A stretch of DNA of 64,000 bases from Candidatus Levyibacteriota bacterium (GCA_963790825.1 CAWBPM010000003.1:56353-120352); one strand, 5' to 3'. Shown: positions 28,905-38,014, counted from the stretch's first letter. Notes: a model not told the origin generated them from the letters alone. A program made the numbers and translations.

Positions 28905-30426
28905 GTAATTTATAGACAGTCAAATAGTTATTTGTGCCTCTTTGGATTTGCAGTACCGGAGTAAGCGGCCAACTAAGAGGTGCTATACCCGCAACAGGAC
29001 ACATAGGACACGGCTGATAAAATACGACGTAGACACTCTCCTGACGACCGGCAGCAATTAGATTTTTTAGTGCAAGGTCATTAACCGGCCAAAAGCCTTT
29101 AATTGTTATGTTGGGATTTTTAATCAGATAAAGCTCGTAGGATGCCGGCATCAAGCCAAATGTTCCCTCGGTAGTGATATAAATCTTTTCTTTTTGTGCT
29201 TGCGCAGTGAAAAATGCAATTGATTCTTTTATTCCACCACCCGAGGGCCAATCAGTACTGTATTGGGTTATATCTGAGTTTGGAATCGGTGAGGAGGAAA
29301 AATTAGTCAGTATTAAAACGTCAGTAGCTATTGTATAGAAAAAAAGGGCGATGAGAAGCGCAACTTGTAAAATTTTAGAGCGAAAGTAAGATAAGTAATT
29401 TGTGTAGATACGAGCCAGGCTATAAGCAATAAGCGGCAGAAGAGACAGTGTCATGAAGAGAATAAAACGGGGATAGATAACTTTTCCAAATAATGCCAGT
29501 CCAATAAACGGAATAATAAACCATAAAAAAAGCAGTACCTTTTCTCTTAAAAATTTCCAGTCAATCAGAAATGCTCCTACTGCAAGAAGTATATAAACGA
29601 TCCCCATATAAGTAACAAACCAGCTTACCTGTCCGGTTAGGTTACCAAAGAAAAAAGTAAGTGGATGCCTCAGCCAATCCGATAAGGGATAAACAAATGT
29701 CGCATTCTTCTGCGCAATTATATGAAAAAACGGCGAGAGTCGAAGTACGTTGTAAAATGCATATGTCAATATAGTCGTAATGATTGCCAGTCCTGTCCAT
29801 TTGAGAAACCTGGTAAACTTTTCTTTCTTTTTGAGATCAAAGAGTATGAGGGAAAAAGGCAGAAGATAAATGTTAAAAAAGCCATTCGATTTATTGAGAA
29901 CACTGGCACCGGTTATAAAAGATAAAATAAGTGCCAGATCAAGCCGTATATAGCGGATTAATAGAATCTCCAGGTATAGTCCCCATACGGTAAATGTACC
30001 AATTAAATCATCATAGAGTGCCATCCTGTCATAAACCAAACCGAATGGATAGATAACATAGAGAAATGCGGCAATGATGCCTACCCACTTGTTTTTAAAT
30101 GTCTCGCGACCCAAGAAGAACAGTCCGAGTGCGGTAAAAAATCCTGCCACTGTGGAAACAAATCTTCCGGCAAAAAGCGGATCATGAAATATTATCAGGA
30201 AAGAGCTTACTAACCAGATAAAAAGCGGTTGTTTTCCGTCGGTCAGTGAAATAAAACGCCAATTAGGATCTTGCCGGGCAATTTGCGCCCAGCGTAGGTA
30301 AATTGCTTCATCGGTAAAAATCGGAAGATTCGTGAGGTGAAAAAGCCGCGTAGCAAAATAGACAAGTACGAGAATTGCACCAATCAGAAGTTCCAGTTTA
30401 TACCTTCGGAAAAAGGCCATAATCAT
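28897..30426 (-). CDS. ArnT/PMT-like GT-C glycosyltransferase (GT39/GT83-like)
   Basis: The N-terminus reads ATRLFHLTNLPIFTDEAIYLRWAQ, a DE motif after TM1. It has a polytopic topology and overlaps the downstream gene by 8 bp. Confidence 0.65.
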   Translation of the reverse strand: MIMAFFRRYKLELLIGAILVLVYFATRLFHLTNLPIFTDEAIYLRWAQIARQDPNWRFISLTDGKQPLFIWLVSSFLIIFHDPLFAGRFVSTVAGFFTALGLFFLGRETFKNKWVGIIAAFLYVIYPFGLVYDRMALYDDLIGTFTVWGLYLEILLIRYIRLDLALILSFITGASVLNKSNGFFNIYLLPFSLILFDLKKKEKFTRFLKWTGLAIITTILTYAFYNVLRLSPFFHIIAQKNATFVYPLSDWLRHPLTFFFGNLTGQVSWFVTYMGIVYILLAVGAFLIDWKFLREKVLLFLWFIIPFIGLALFGKVIYPRFILFMTLSLLPLIAYSLARIYTNYLSYFRSKILQVALLIALFFYTIATDVLILTNFSSSPIPNSDITQYSTDWPSGGGIKESIAFFTAQAQKEKIYITTEGTFGLMPASYELYLIKNPNITIKGFWPVNDLALKNLIAAGRQESVYVVFYQPCPMCPVAGIAPLSWPLTPVLQIQRGTNNYLTVYKLHE

Positions 30427-30479
30427 ATCTTTAAATTATACATAAAAGCAGAGACGAGGAGCAAATGTAAGGTTCTCTC

Positions 30480-31667
30480 TCACGCAGTTGCCTGTCTTCT
30501 TTTTACTACTTTCATGACTCCTACAACAAGTGCGGACACGACGATTCCTGTGAGTTCAATATCTATGAGAATTTGAGGAACCGGATTGTTCCAGTTACCC
30601 AAAAACAAAAAGGGTACATAGATTAAAAGTGCAAAGAAAGGTAAGATAATGCCGGGTATAAGAACATATTGTTTTTTACTGATCAATGCAGCAAAAGGTA
30701 GCACGTAAAGCAAATACCAGGGCTGAAAATTAGTTCGGACACTAGCTATAATCGTAGCTAAAGTCATAAAAAGAACTATCACTAAAAATAATTTATCCCA
30801 GGAAAGCTGTTTATTCTGTTTTTCCGAGTAGTGAATATATAAGAAAACCGGCAAAAGCAGACCGGTTGCGAACTTTATGGCAAAGGAGACCAGAAGCAGT
30901 AACCAGAAAGTAATATATTTTTTTGTAAGCAGCAAATACACAGCAAAAACGGCAAAAAACAGCATGACGATATCATTATGCGCCGATACCAAACTTTCGA
31001 TAAGAACTAAGGGGTTTAATGCAAAGAAAACGAGGCTAAAAAGTTCTTGATTTGCTGCAAGTTTTTTCTGTATTTTTCCGATGAAATAAACCGTTCCCAG
31101 AAAACTCCCAGCCATAAGAAGTTTAAAAAGAAAAAAAGTCAATAAAAAAATATGGAAGCCTAAAAAAGACAATGGTACAGTAAGCACAAGCCACATAGGG
31201 CCATAAGGATAGGTTCTCTGTGTCCAGTGCATAAACCCAAGCATGGGATCCGACGTATAATCAAGAGCCTTATGCTGATATGGATTTTGCTGATAGAAAG
31301 TTACAATTTTGGCATCAAAAATATAGTTGAATAAGTCGTAAGAAAAAGCGTTATAGGAAAAAGCTAGAATAACAGTCGTAATAATAACTGTCAGCCAGAT
31401 AAGCTTTCGGCTCAGCAGTCTTTTATAAGCAAGAATCAGAAACAAACCGTAAAAAATAAAAAGCAGGAGGATGATGCCGATATACAAAGCGGTTGATAAC
31501 GGCCTCTCAAAGTAGCCGACATATTGAAATGCATTCTCAATTGCGTGTAACGATTTAATTTTAATAATTGTCAGTCCCAGGTCGGTTTGCGTAAATGAGT
31601 ATAAAAATAATGCCAGAATTAGGAAAAGATAAGAAAAAACGAGCAGCAGTACCTTATTTTTAAACAT
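30480..31667 (-). CDS. Polytopic membrane protein, GT-C-like (DUF2029/GT87-like candidate)
   Basis: Has ~10 TM helices and the block HWTQRTYPYGPMW. The track start at 31736 overlaps the upstream GT2. The ATG at 31667 (MFKNKVLLL) is more likely. Confidence 0.4.
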   Translation of the reverse strand: MFKNKVLLLVFSYLFLILALFLYSFTQTDLGLTIIKIKSLHAIENAFQYVGYFERPLSTALYIGIILLLFIFYGLFLILAYKRLLSRKLIWLTVIITTVILAFSYNAFSYDLFNYIFDAKIVTFYQQNPYQHKALDYTSDPMLGFMHWTQRTYPYGPMWLVLTVPLSFLGFHIFLLTFFLFKLLMAGSFLGTVYFIGKIQKKLAANQELFSLVFFALNPLVLIESLVSAHNDIVMLFFAVFAVYLLLTKKYITFWLLLLVSFAIKFATGLLLPVFLYIHYSEKQNKQLSWDKLFLVIVLFMTLATIIASVRTNFQPWYLLYVLPFAALISKKQYVLIPGIILPFFALLIYVPFLFLGNWNNPVPQILIDIELTGIVVSALVVGVMKVVKRRQATA

Positions 31668-31671
31668 GTAG

Positions 31672-32433
31672 TTATAAATTTTTATATTTTCCGCTAATGA
31701 CGTTCTTTTTAATTTTGAGAAGGTCGAGTATGCCAAAAATCGAATCCTGAATCGGATTTACCCGTCTGCTTTCGACATATAGCCACGTTACAGGTACTTC
31801 TTTAATTTTATATCCCATAATTTCTGCGAGATATAAAAGCTCTACATCAAATCCGGATGAAACGCTCGATCCGGAAATTTGCGAAAAACCATGATGAATC
31901 TTACTAACTCTTTCAAATAATTTTTTTGCGGTAACATTACGAAACATTTTAAATCCACACTGGGTATCCGATATGTCGGTAAGTCCGACGATAAGTTTTC
32001 TCAGAACAATACTGGAAAGAGAAATAAATTTTCGAGTCACCGGAGCACCTTTACGCTGTCCTTTTCGTGAGCCGATAACGATTTCGTAGTCTTGGTCAAA
32101 GAACGGAAGAAGTTTATTAACCTCCTCGATCGGTGTCGCCTGGTCCATGTCGGTAAAAAGGATAAGACTTCCCTTTGCCGCCAATACTCCGGTTGTTACT
32201 GCGCCTGCTTTTCCCGAATGTTTATTTTCTATGAGTTGAAAGGCAGGATTCTCATGCGTAAATTGCCTGATGAATTCAGTACTTCCATCTCTTGATCCAT
32301 CGTCGACAATAATTACTTCGTATGCAAAGTTATCGTTGTCAAGAAATCTTTTGACTTTATCTAAGACGCCTTTTTGCAAATTTGCCATCTCATCAAAACA
32401 AGGGATGACAACGGAAAGATATATTGAACTCAC
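31672..32433 (-). CDS. GT2 polyprenyl-phosphate sugar synthase (DPM1-like)
   Basis: The N-terminus reads LSVVIPCFDEMANL...VIIVDDGSRDGS...GKAGAVTTG...LFTDMDQATP. Confidence 0.8.
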   Translation of the reverse strand: MSSIYLSVVIPCFDEMANLQKGVLDKVKRFLDNDNFAYEVIIVDDGSRDGSTEFIRQFTHENPAFQLIENKHSGKAGAVTTGVLAAKGSLILFTDMDQATPIEEVNKLLPFFDQDYEIVIGSRKGQRKGAPVTRKFISLSSIVLRKLIVGLTDISDTQCGFKMFRNVTAKKLFERVSKIHHGFSQISGSSVSSGFDVELLYLAEIMGYKIKEVPVTWLYVESRRVNPIQDSIFGILDLLKIKKNVISGKYKNL

Positions 32434-32497
32434 AGATGAATTATACTAGAAAATTGCTTCGGAACAAATAAGCATTTGCTCCGTTTAAAATTTGTTG

Positions 32498-33049
32498 TTA
32501 ATTAAGTAAGATCGTTGTACGGTCTAACCAATACCGCCCTTTAAGCAAAGCAGCATCTGCGCCGTTATAATCAAAAAAGCCATTACCTGTCACTTCTATT
32601 AAATCTGAGGAGGGAAGAAGAAAGATAAGATTTACAGTCTTTGGATCGATTTGATAGAGCAGGAAATTTTTTCCCTGAAGAATGGCTTTATCTGTCGGGA
32701 CGCTACTTATGTTCAATATACTTTTTAATGACGGTTGAGACACAAGACTGTCGCTGCTCGTTAAATGGGATGATGAAAATTTAGAGAAGGTTAAGCCCTT
32801 ATAACCCGCTTTGGTACTTCCAAAACTACTTCGTTCTAAAACAAATGAACCGGGACCGTAAAAATCTCGAAATTGCCAGAACACTTTAGGATCAATCTCA
32901 CCTTTTCCGCGAACATCCTGCACAAATTGTAAATATCTCGCTTGCCTTACGCTTGGGAATAAACCAGAAGAAATTTTTGGCTGCAGTAAAAGTAATAAGA
33001 CAATAATAAGAACGCCGCCGAGGATATAGTAGCCATAGATCAGTTTCAT
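32498..33049 (-). CDS. Hypothetical secreted or membrane-anchored protein
   Basis: Has an N-terminal hydrophobic helix (YILGGVLIIVLLLLL). No recognisable domain was found. The ORF is 183 aa. Confidence 0.35.
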   Translation of the reverse strand: MKLIYGYYILGGVLIIVLLLLLQPKISSGLFPSVRQARYLQFVQDVRGKGEIDPKVFWQFRDFYGPGSFVLERSSFGSTKAGYKGLTFSKFSSSHLTSSDSLVSQPSLKSILNISSVPTDKAILQGKNFLLYQIDPKTVNLIFLLPSSDLIEVTGNGFFDYNGADAALLKGRYWLDRTTILLN

Positions 33050-34748
33050 GTATAATCGTATTATATACGAAATGATAAGGGTAAATAAAATTGATCTGCT
33101 AAACGGGATTATTGTTGCTACTTTGGCAGTTTTTCTCGTATTGGATTTATTTATACATGCAGGAGAACCTACTACGTTTGACGGCAGAATTCACATTACG
33201 AATATTGCGCAGTATACGCAGGCCGTAAGAGACGGAGAATTTCCTGTTCGCTGGGCAGACGGATTAGCGAATTACGGCATGCCAATGCCTATTCTTGCAC
33301 AACAAACAACCAATTATCTTGGGGTACTTCTGATGTTTCTTATACATAACGCGCTACTTACAGATAAATTGCTTTTTCTTGTTGGTTCAATCCTTGCCAG
33401 CATTTTTCTCTACTGGTTTCTCCGCCTCCATTTTCAATTACTTCCTGCTTTTTTAGGCACGTTTTTGTTTACATTCGCACCTTACCGTATTTTTGATATC
33501 TATGTGCGCGGAGACTTGCCGGAATTTTTTGCCAGTGTTTTTATCATCCTTGTTCTTATTGGCTTGTATTACACGGTTAAAACACAAAAGATTACTGCCT
33601 GGTTATTGTTAACTATTGCCGTGGCGCTGCTTTCGTACACGCACCCACCTTCACTTCTTATTAGTATGTTCATTATTATTCCGTATGCCACTTTGCTTCT
33701 TTTGACTAGTAAGCAAAAACGGATGCATCTTTTACAAATCGTGTCGGCATTTTTCTTGGGAGTCGGACTTTCTGCATTGTATGTAGTACCTTTGCTCTCC
33801 GAGATGAAGTATTTTTATTACGGACTTACCCCAAACCATTTAGTACCCAATCAATTCTTAGGACTTACCAATTTCCTGGGTCCCGGTTGGTATTATTTCT
33901 ATAAAGATAGTCCGTTTTTACGGGGGAATTTTATTTCCGCAGGACTTCTGGAAACAATAATTATTCTCGTTGGTCTTTGTTTTTCAATTATTCTTTATGA
34001 AACAAAGCACCGGGTTGATAAACTCCTGGCATTTTCTCTTTGCAGCTCAGTGCTGGTAATTTTTATGCTGACGGCAATGTCAAGCATATTGTATGAAAAA
34101 GTTAATCTTTTAAATTCTCTTCAGTTTCCCTGGAGAATGCTTATTGATCTTAATATCTTTGTTCCGATTGTTTTCGCCGTTGTTTTGAGTTATGTCAAAA
34201 AGTATCAGTATATATTGTGCCTTCTTCTCATCGTACTGATTGCCTACTCACGTTTTCCTCAAATCTACGGCAAGAACTATGTTGAGCATTCGGAGCAGTA
34301 CTACACCTTTACTAAGGAAAATCTTTATGCAGTTATTTTTAATACTATCTGGAGCGGAAAATCCACTGATTATGCAGTGGAAAAGAATAAACCGGCTGTT
34401 ATCGAGGGGAAAGGGTTAATCAGCGAAGAACATGTACTGAATGCATCTCGTCTTTACACTGTTAACGCACAAACGCCACTTCGGATGGTTGATTATACTT
34501 TTTATTTTCCGGGCTGGCGGGTTTTTATTGATGGTAATTCTGTTCCCATTCAGTTTCAAGATCCCCGGTATCGCGGCGTAATTACTTATAATGTGCCTTC
34601 CGGCTTGCACCATATCTTTATCCAATTTGGCGATACGAAAGACAGATTGGTCGGAATATTTATTTCAGCCGGATCTTTGCTTGCTATAATAGGACTATTC
34701 CTGGTTTTCTTTATTATAAAGAAAAAGAAAAGTATAACTAATAACTAA
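33048..34748 (+). CDS. Uncharacterised polytopic membrane protein, GT-C-like; paralog family member 3
   Basis: The N-terminal region reads HAGEPTTFDGRIH...GEFPVRWADGLANYGMPMP...FAPYRIFDIYVRGDLPEFFAS. It is transcribed divergently from 32498-33049. A later in-frame ATG at 33072 is also possible. Confidence 0.5.
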   Translation: MYNRIIYEMIRVNKIDLLNGIIVATLAVFLVLDLFIHAGEPTTFDGRIHITNIAQYTQAVRDGEFPVRWADGLANYGMPMPILAQQTTNYLGVLLMFLIHNALLTDKLLFLVGSILASIFLYWFLRLHFQLLPAFLGTFLFTFAPYRIFDIYVRGDLPEFFASVFIILVLIGLYYTVKTQKITAWLLLTIAVALLSYTHPPSLLISMFIIIPYATLLLLTSKQKRMHLLQIVSAFFLGVGLSALYVVPLLSEMKYFYYGLTPNHLVPNQFLGLTNFLGPGWYYFYKDSPFLRGNFISAGLLETIIILVGLCFSIILYETKHRVDKLLAFSLCSSVLVIFMLTAMSSILYEKVNLLNSLQFPWRMLIDLNIFVPIVFAVVLSYVKKYQYILCLLLIVLIAYSRFPQIYGKNYVEHSEQYYTFTKENLYAVIFNTIWSGKSTDYAVEKNKPAVIEGKGLISEEHVLNASRLYTVNAQTPLRMVDYTFYFPGWRVFIDGNSVPIQFQDPRYRGVITYNVPSGLHHIFIQFGDTKDRLVGIFISAGSLLAIIGLFLVFFIIKKKKSITNN

Positions 34749-34841
34749 ATTGATTGTCTCAACGCTTCCTTTCAGCTATAATACTGAAGCTACATAGATA
34801 GTAAGTTATTGATATTTATTACAATCTAGTAGCGAAAAGCC

Positions 34842-34914
34842 GGCCCCATCGTCTAGTGGTCTAGGACAGTGGATTCTCATTCCACTAACCAGGATTCGAA
34901 TTCCTGTGGGGTCA
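34842..34914 (+). tRNA. tRNA-Glu (anticodon CUC)
   Basis: Manual cloverleaf fold: acceptor GGCCCCA/TGGGGTC, D-arm GTCT-AGTGGTCTA-GGAC, anticodon stem GTGGA/TCCAC with loop TTCTCAT, T-arm CAGGA-TTCGAAT-TCCTG, discriminator A. Confidence 0.8.
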
Positions 34915-34998
34915 CACTAACATCAAGCGTAACAAGTCGGGTTCCTTGTTCTTCCGAAGTCCCGCTTAGCGGGACGAAGGAGAATCATTCTGAAAATC

Positions 34999-35023
34999 GA
35001 GGGTCCAAATCCCTCTGGGGTCA
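34999..35023 (+). pseudogene. Orphan tRNA 3' fragment (T-arm plus acceptor 3' strand); no 5' half found
   Basis: GAGGG-TCCAAAT-CCCTC forms a T-arm-like hairpin followed by TGGGGTCACA, which matches the 3' end of the upstream tRNA-Glu. No complementary 5' acceptor (G[AG]YYYY[AG]) occurs in 34915-34998. Confidence 0.35.
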
Positions 35024-35085
35024 CATCAGTTGCTAACGATATGTAACCGGACTTGTACAGTCTCAAATTTTATATTTTTTCTCTC

Positions 35086-35112
35086 TTGACACTGATTGTT
35101 TTTTAGTATATT
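35086..35112 (+). promoter_or_regulatory. Putative sigma70-type promoter of the pyr operon
   Basis: TTGACA (35086-35091), then a ~15-16 nt spacer, then TATATT, lying ~45 nt upstream of the pyrF ATG. Confidence 0.35.
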
Positions 35113-35160
35113 CTCGTTTCTAGAAGTGCTGCTAATATAGCGGCATTTTTTGTAAAAATA

Positions 35161-36126
35161 ATGGTAGAAAGAAATTTTTCCGCTCTTCTAGCAGCTCAAA
35201 ATGATAAAGGAAATCATGTTTGTGTCGGGCTGGACTCTGATTTTTTTGAAATACAGAAGCGCATTAAAAATGGTAGCTTAAAACTTCAAATGCAGGCTTA
35301 TCCAAGTAAAGCAGAGACGGTACTTGCGTTTAATCGAGCAGTCATTGATGCTACTTCGGATATTGTAGCAGCATATAAACCCAACGCAGCGTTTTACCGA
35401 AGTCTCGGATATAACGGATCGGGTGCGTTAAAAAATACTGTTTTGTACGCCCAACAGAAAGCACCTGAGGCAGTTGATATTGAAGACGCTAAACTCGCCG
35501 ATATCGGCAATACAAATGAGCAATATGCAAGAGAAGTATTTGATTATCATAATGCCGATGGATTAACCGTTCATCCGTATTTAGGCGGTGAAGCAATTGA
35601 ACCATTCTTGAAAAGAACAAGTAAAGGAATTCTCGTTCTTGCCAGGACATCAAATCCGGGCGGCGGAGAATTCCAAGATCGAGTCGTATTAGGTCCTGAA
35701 ATAGAAAAGCTTTTCTTAGATAAAAAGGCTATCTCAGACATTGAGGAAATTATTATTAATCTAGGAGAGTTAAGAAGTAATTCGGGGGAATTATATAGAA
35801 AAGTGGCTGAAGATGCCGTGGAATGGAACAAGAAGTATAAAAATGTGGGACTTGTAGCCGGTGCGACATATCCAGGGGAAGCCGGGATAATTCGACGGAT
35901 TGTAGGACCAGACATGCCGCTTCTCATCCCGGGAGTCGGAGCACAAGGACAAACTGCTGCGGAAATTGTTCCGCAAGCCTTACGACGAGGCGAACGGGGA
36001 GTAATTAATTCTTCACGTGGTATTATTTTTCCTAAGATTCCGGAAGGACAACGATATTTTGACGTAGTAAGAGCAGAAACAGTGAAACTTCACCAACAAA
36101 TTCAACTAGCACAAAGGGTAGCATAA
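35161..36126 (+). CDS. pyrF: Orotidine 5'-phosphate decarboxylase (long, type 2 form)
   Basis: Carries VCVGLDSD...AAYKPNAAFY...DAKLADIGNT, the OMPDC Lys/Asp catalytic motifs. It lies in a pyr gene context. Confidence 0.7.
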   Translation: MVERNFSALLAAQNDKGNHVCVGLDSDFFEIQKRIKNGSLKLQMQAYPSKAETVLAFNRAVIDATSDIVAAYKPNAAFYRSLGYNGSGALKNTVLYAQQKAPEAVDIEDAKLADIGNTNEQYAREVFDYHNADGLTVHPYLGGEAIEPFLKRTSKGILVLARTSNPGGGEFQDRVVLGPEIEKLFLDKKAISDIEEIIINLGELRSNSGELYRKVAEDAVEWNKKYKNVGLVAGATYPGEAGIIRRIVGPDMPLLIPGVGAQGQTAAEIVPQALRRGERGVINSSRGIIFPKIPEGQRYFDVVRAETVKLHQQIQLAQRVA

Positions 36127-36128
36127 TT

Positions 36129-36872
36129 ATGGCAAGAGAAATATATAGAGGACCTGAGAGACTAACAAGACAGCAAGAAAGATTAGCTGAGTTATTGTTT
36201 GATACGAAAACAGAAGCTCCGGTTACGAGAAGGAGAGATCTCCCCGGAGGAGAAGAAGTTGAATTTTATAAGATTACACGCCCGCTTAGTCCGATCGCTT
36301 TCGCACAAGAAGGTGAATTTGTTCTAAAGTCTCATGAAAAAAATCGAAGAGCCCCTCTTTCCCCTATTTATTTTAGCCTTCGCAATTTAGATGAGGAGCT
36401 TGTCGATCAAATTGGTATTGTTCTGGCAGAAATTCCAAGTCGAACTAAGCCGGATGTTTGTGCAGGAATTCCTGCTGCCGGCATACCTCTTGCCGAAGCA
36501 TATGCAAGACATGCACATATTCCTGTCATTGATATTTTCAGCAAAGAACAAACAGAGGCAGGACGACGGATTATCCCGGGCAAATTAAATGAATTTTATG
36601 GTCGGAGATTGAGAATTGTAGATGATCTCGTAACAAAAGGCGATACGAAATTTGAAGCTTTACATGCAGCTGAAGGACTTGGTTATGAGGTGTTTGATTT
36701 GATGGTTGTCGTTGACAGACAACAAGGTGCAACTAAACAATTGAAACAAGCTGGATATAGGCTGCGAGCTGCATTTACTATGGATCAGGTTCTCCGCTTT
36801 GGCGTCCGAACTGATAGGGTTACCCCTGAGCAATACCAACAAGTCGCAAATTATCTTCGGCCACAAAAATAA
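36129..36872 (+). CDS. pyrE: Orotate phosphoribosyltransferase-like (type I PRTase)
   Basis: Has the PRPP-binding motif RLRIVDDLVTKGDT. It is positioned between pyrF and pyrD. Confidence 0.55.
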   Translation: MAREIYRGPERLTRQQERLAELLFDTKTEAPVTRRRDLPGGEEVEFYKITRPLSPIAFAQEGEFVLKSHEKNRRAPLSPIYFSLRNLDEELVDQIGIVLAEIPSRTKPDVCAGIPAAGIPLAEAYARHAHIPVIDIFSKEQTEAGRRIIPGKLNEFYGRRLRIVDDLVTKGDTKFEALHAAEGLGYEVFDLMVVVDRQQGATKQLKQAGYRLRAAFTMDQVLRFGVRTDRVTPEQYQQVANYLRPQK

Positions 36873-36886
36873 AACTGCTTTTTATT

Positions 36887-38014
36887 ATGCCGGAAATTTA
36901 TAAAGGAATCGTAAGACCTATTCTTGATAGAATTCACCATTCAGAAGAAATGCATGCTGCAGCTCGTTATGGACTTCATCTTGCTGAACGGATCCCCGGC
37001 GGATTAAAACTGGTTGAACAATTTGCCTACGAACGAAAACAATTTACCGATCCAAGACTATATACTCGGGTAGGCTCAGTTTATTTGGACAACCCAACAA
37101 TGGTAGGCGCCGGATGGGATAAAAAGGGCATAGCAGTAGAAGCATTATACCGACTAGGAGCTTCTGCTGTCGAAGTTGGCGCAGTTCTTCCCTACAAACA
37201 GTACGGTAATAAAAAGCCACGACAATTTATGCTGGCTTCGGGAGTGGCAGTCAATTGGTTAGGTTTTAATGCTCCGGGAATGTTCGATGTGGAGAAAAAC
37301 TTAGCCCGATATCAAGACAAAGGAATTCCAATTGGTATTAACGTAGGAATTAATAAAGAGATTGATAAAGATGCGCCGAGGATGTATGGTCTTGTCATAG
37401 AAACTTTATATGATAAGGCGCAGTTTTTCGTGTTAAATGTTTCTTCTCCGAATACACCTGGACTGAGGGAGAGACAACAAAAAGAAGAGCTAAACGAAAT
37501 AGTACAAGCATCCAAAGAAGCAATGAGAAGAAAAGGAGAAGAAAAAGATTTGTATGTAAAAGTATCTCCTGATGCAAATAATAATATTATTGATGGAGTT
37601 ATCCAGGTGGTATTAGATAATAAATTGACAGGAATTGTTGCAACTAATACGACAAATAATCCTGAGATTAAAGGTAAGTATGGAAAGAAATGGAAGACGG
37701 AACAAGGAGGATTAAGCGGTGACGATAAGGATTATAGACGGATGGCGACTGAAAAGGTAGCATATATTTACCGTGCGACGAAAGGAGCAATTGATATTAT
37801 CGGTGTTGGTGGTGTTAAAGACACGAGAACAGCACTTGAAAAAATTCAAGCAGGAGCATCGGCAGTACAAGTGGTAACTGCAATTCGCGGAGAAGGAACA
37901 ACCGTTTTCGTACGAATTAATCAGGGACTCGTTACACATATGGAAAAAGAAGGAATAGATAGTATTCGTCAACTACGAGGAACAACAGCAGCAAAAAATT
38001 TATGGCAGGTATAG
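36887..38014 (+). CDS. pyrD: Dihydroorotate dehydrogenase
   Basis: Carries VLNVSSPNTPGLR, ...GGLSG... and GIVATNTT motifs. Confidence 0.8.
   Translation: MPEIYKGIVRPILDRIHHSEEMHAAARYGLHLAERIPGGLKLVEQFAYERKQFTDPRLYTRVGSVYLDNPTMVGAGWDKKGIAVEALYRLGASAVEVGAVLPYKQYGNKKPRQFMLASGVAVNWLGFNAPGMFDVEKNLARYQDKGIPIGINVGINKEIDKDAPRMYGLVIETLYDKAQFFVLNVSSPNTPGLRERQQKEELNEIVQASKEAMRRKGEEKDLYVKVSPDANNNIIDGVIQVVLDNKLTGIVATNTTNNPEIKGKYGKKWKTEQGGLSGDDKDYRRMATEKVAYIYRATKGAIDIIGVGGVKDTRTALEKIQAGASAVQVVTAIRGEGTTVFVRINQGLVTHMEKEGIDSIRQLRGTTAAKNLWQV

Noticed and set aside
34915-34998. Possible complete second tRNA between tRNA-Glu and the T-arm fragment
   Set aside because: No 7-nt segment can pair with the TGGGGTC acceptor 3' strand. 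No D-arm or anticodon arm could be folded on either strand. Only a short hairpin (GTCCCGC/GCGGGAC) is present.
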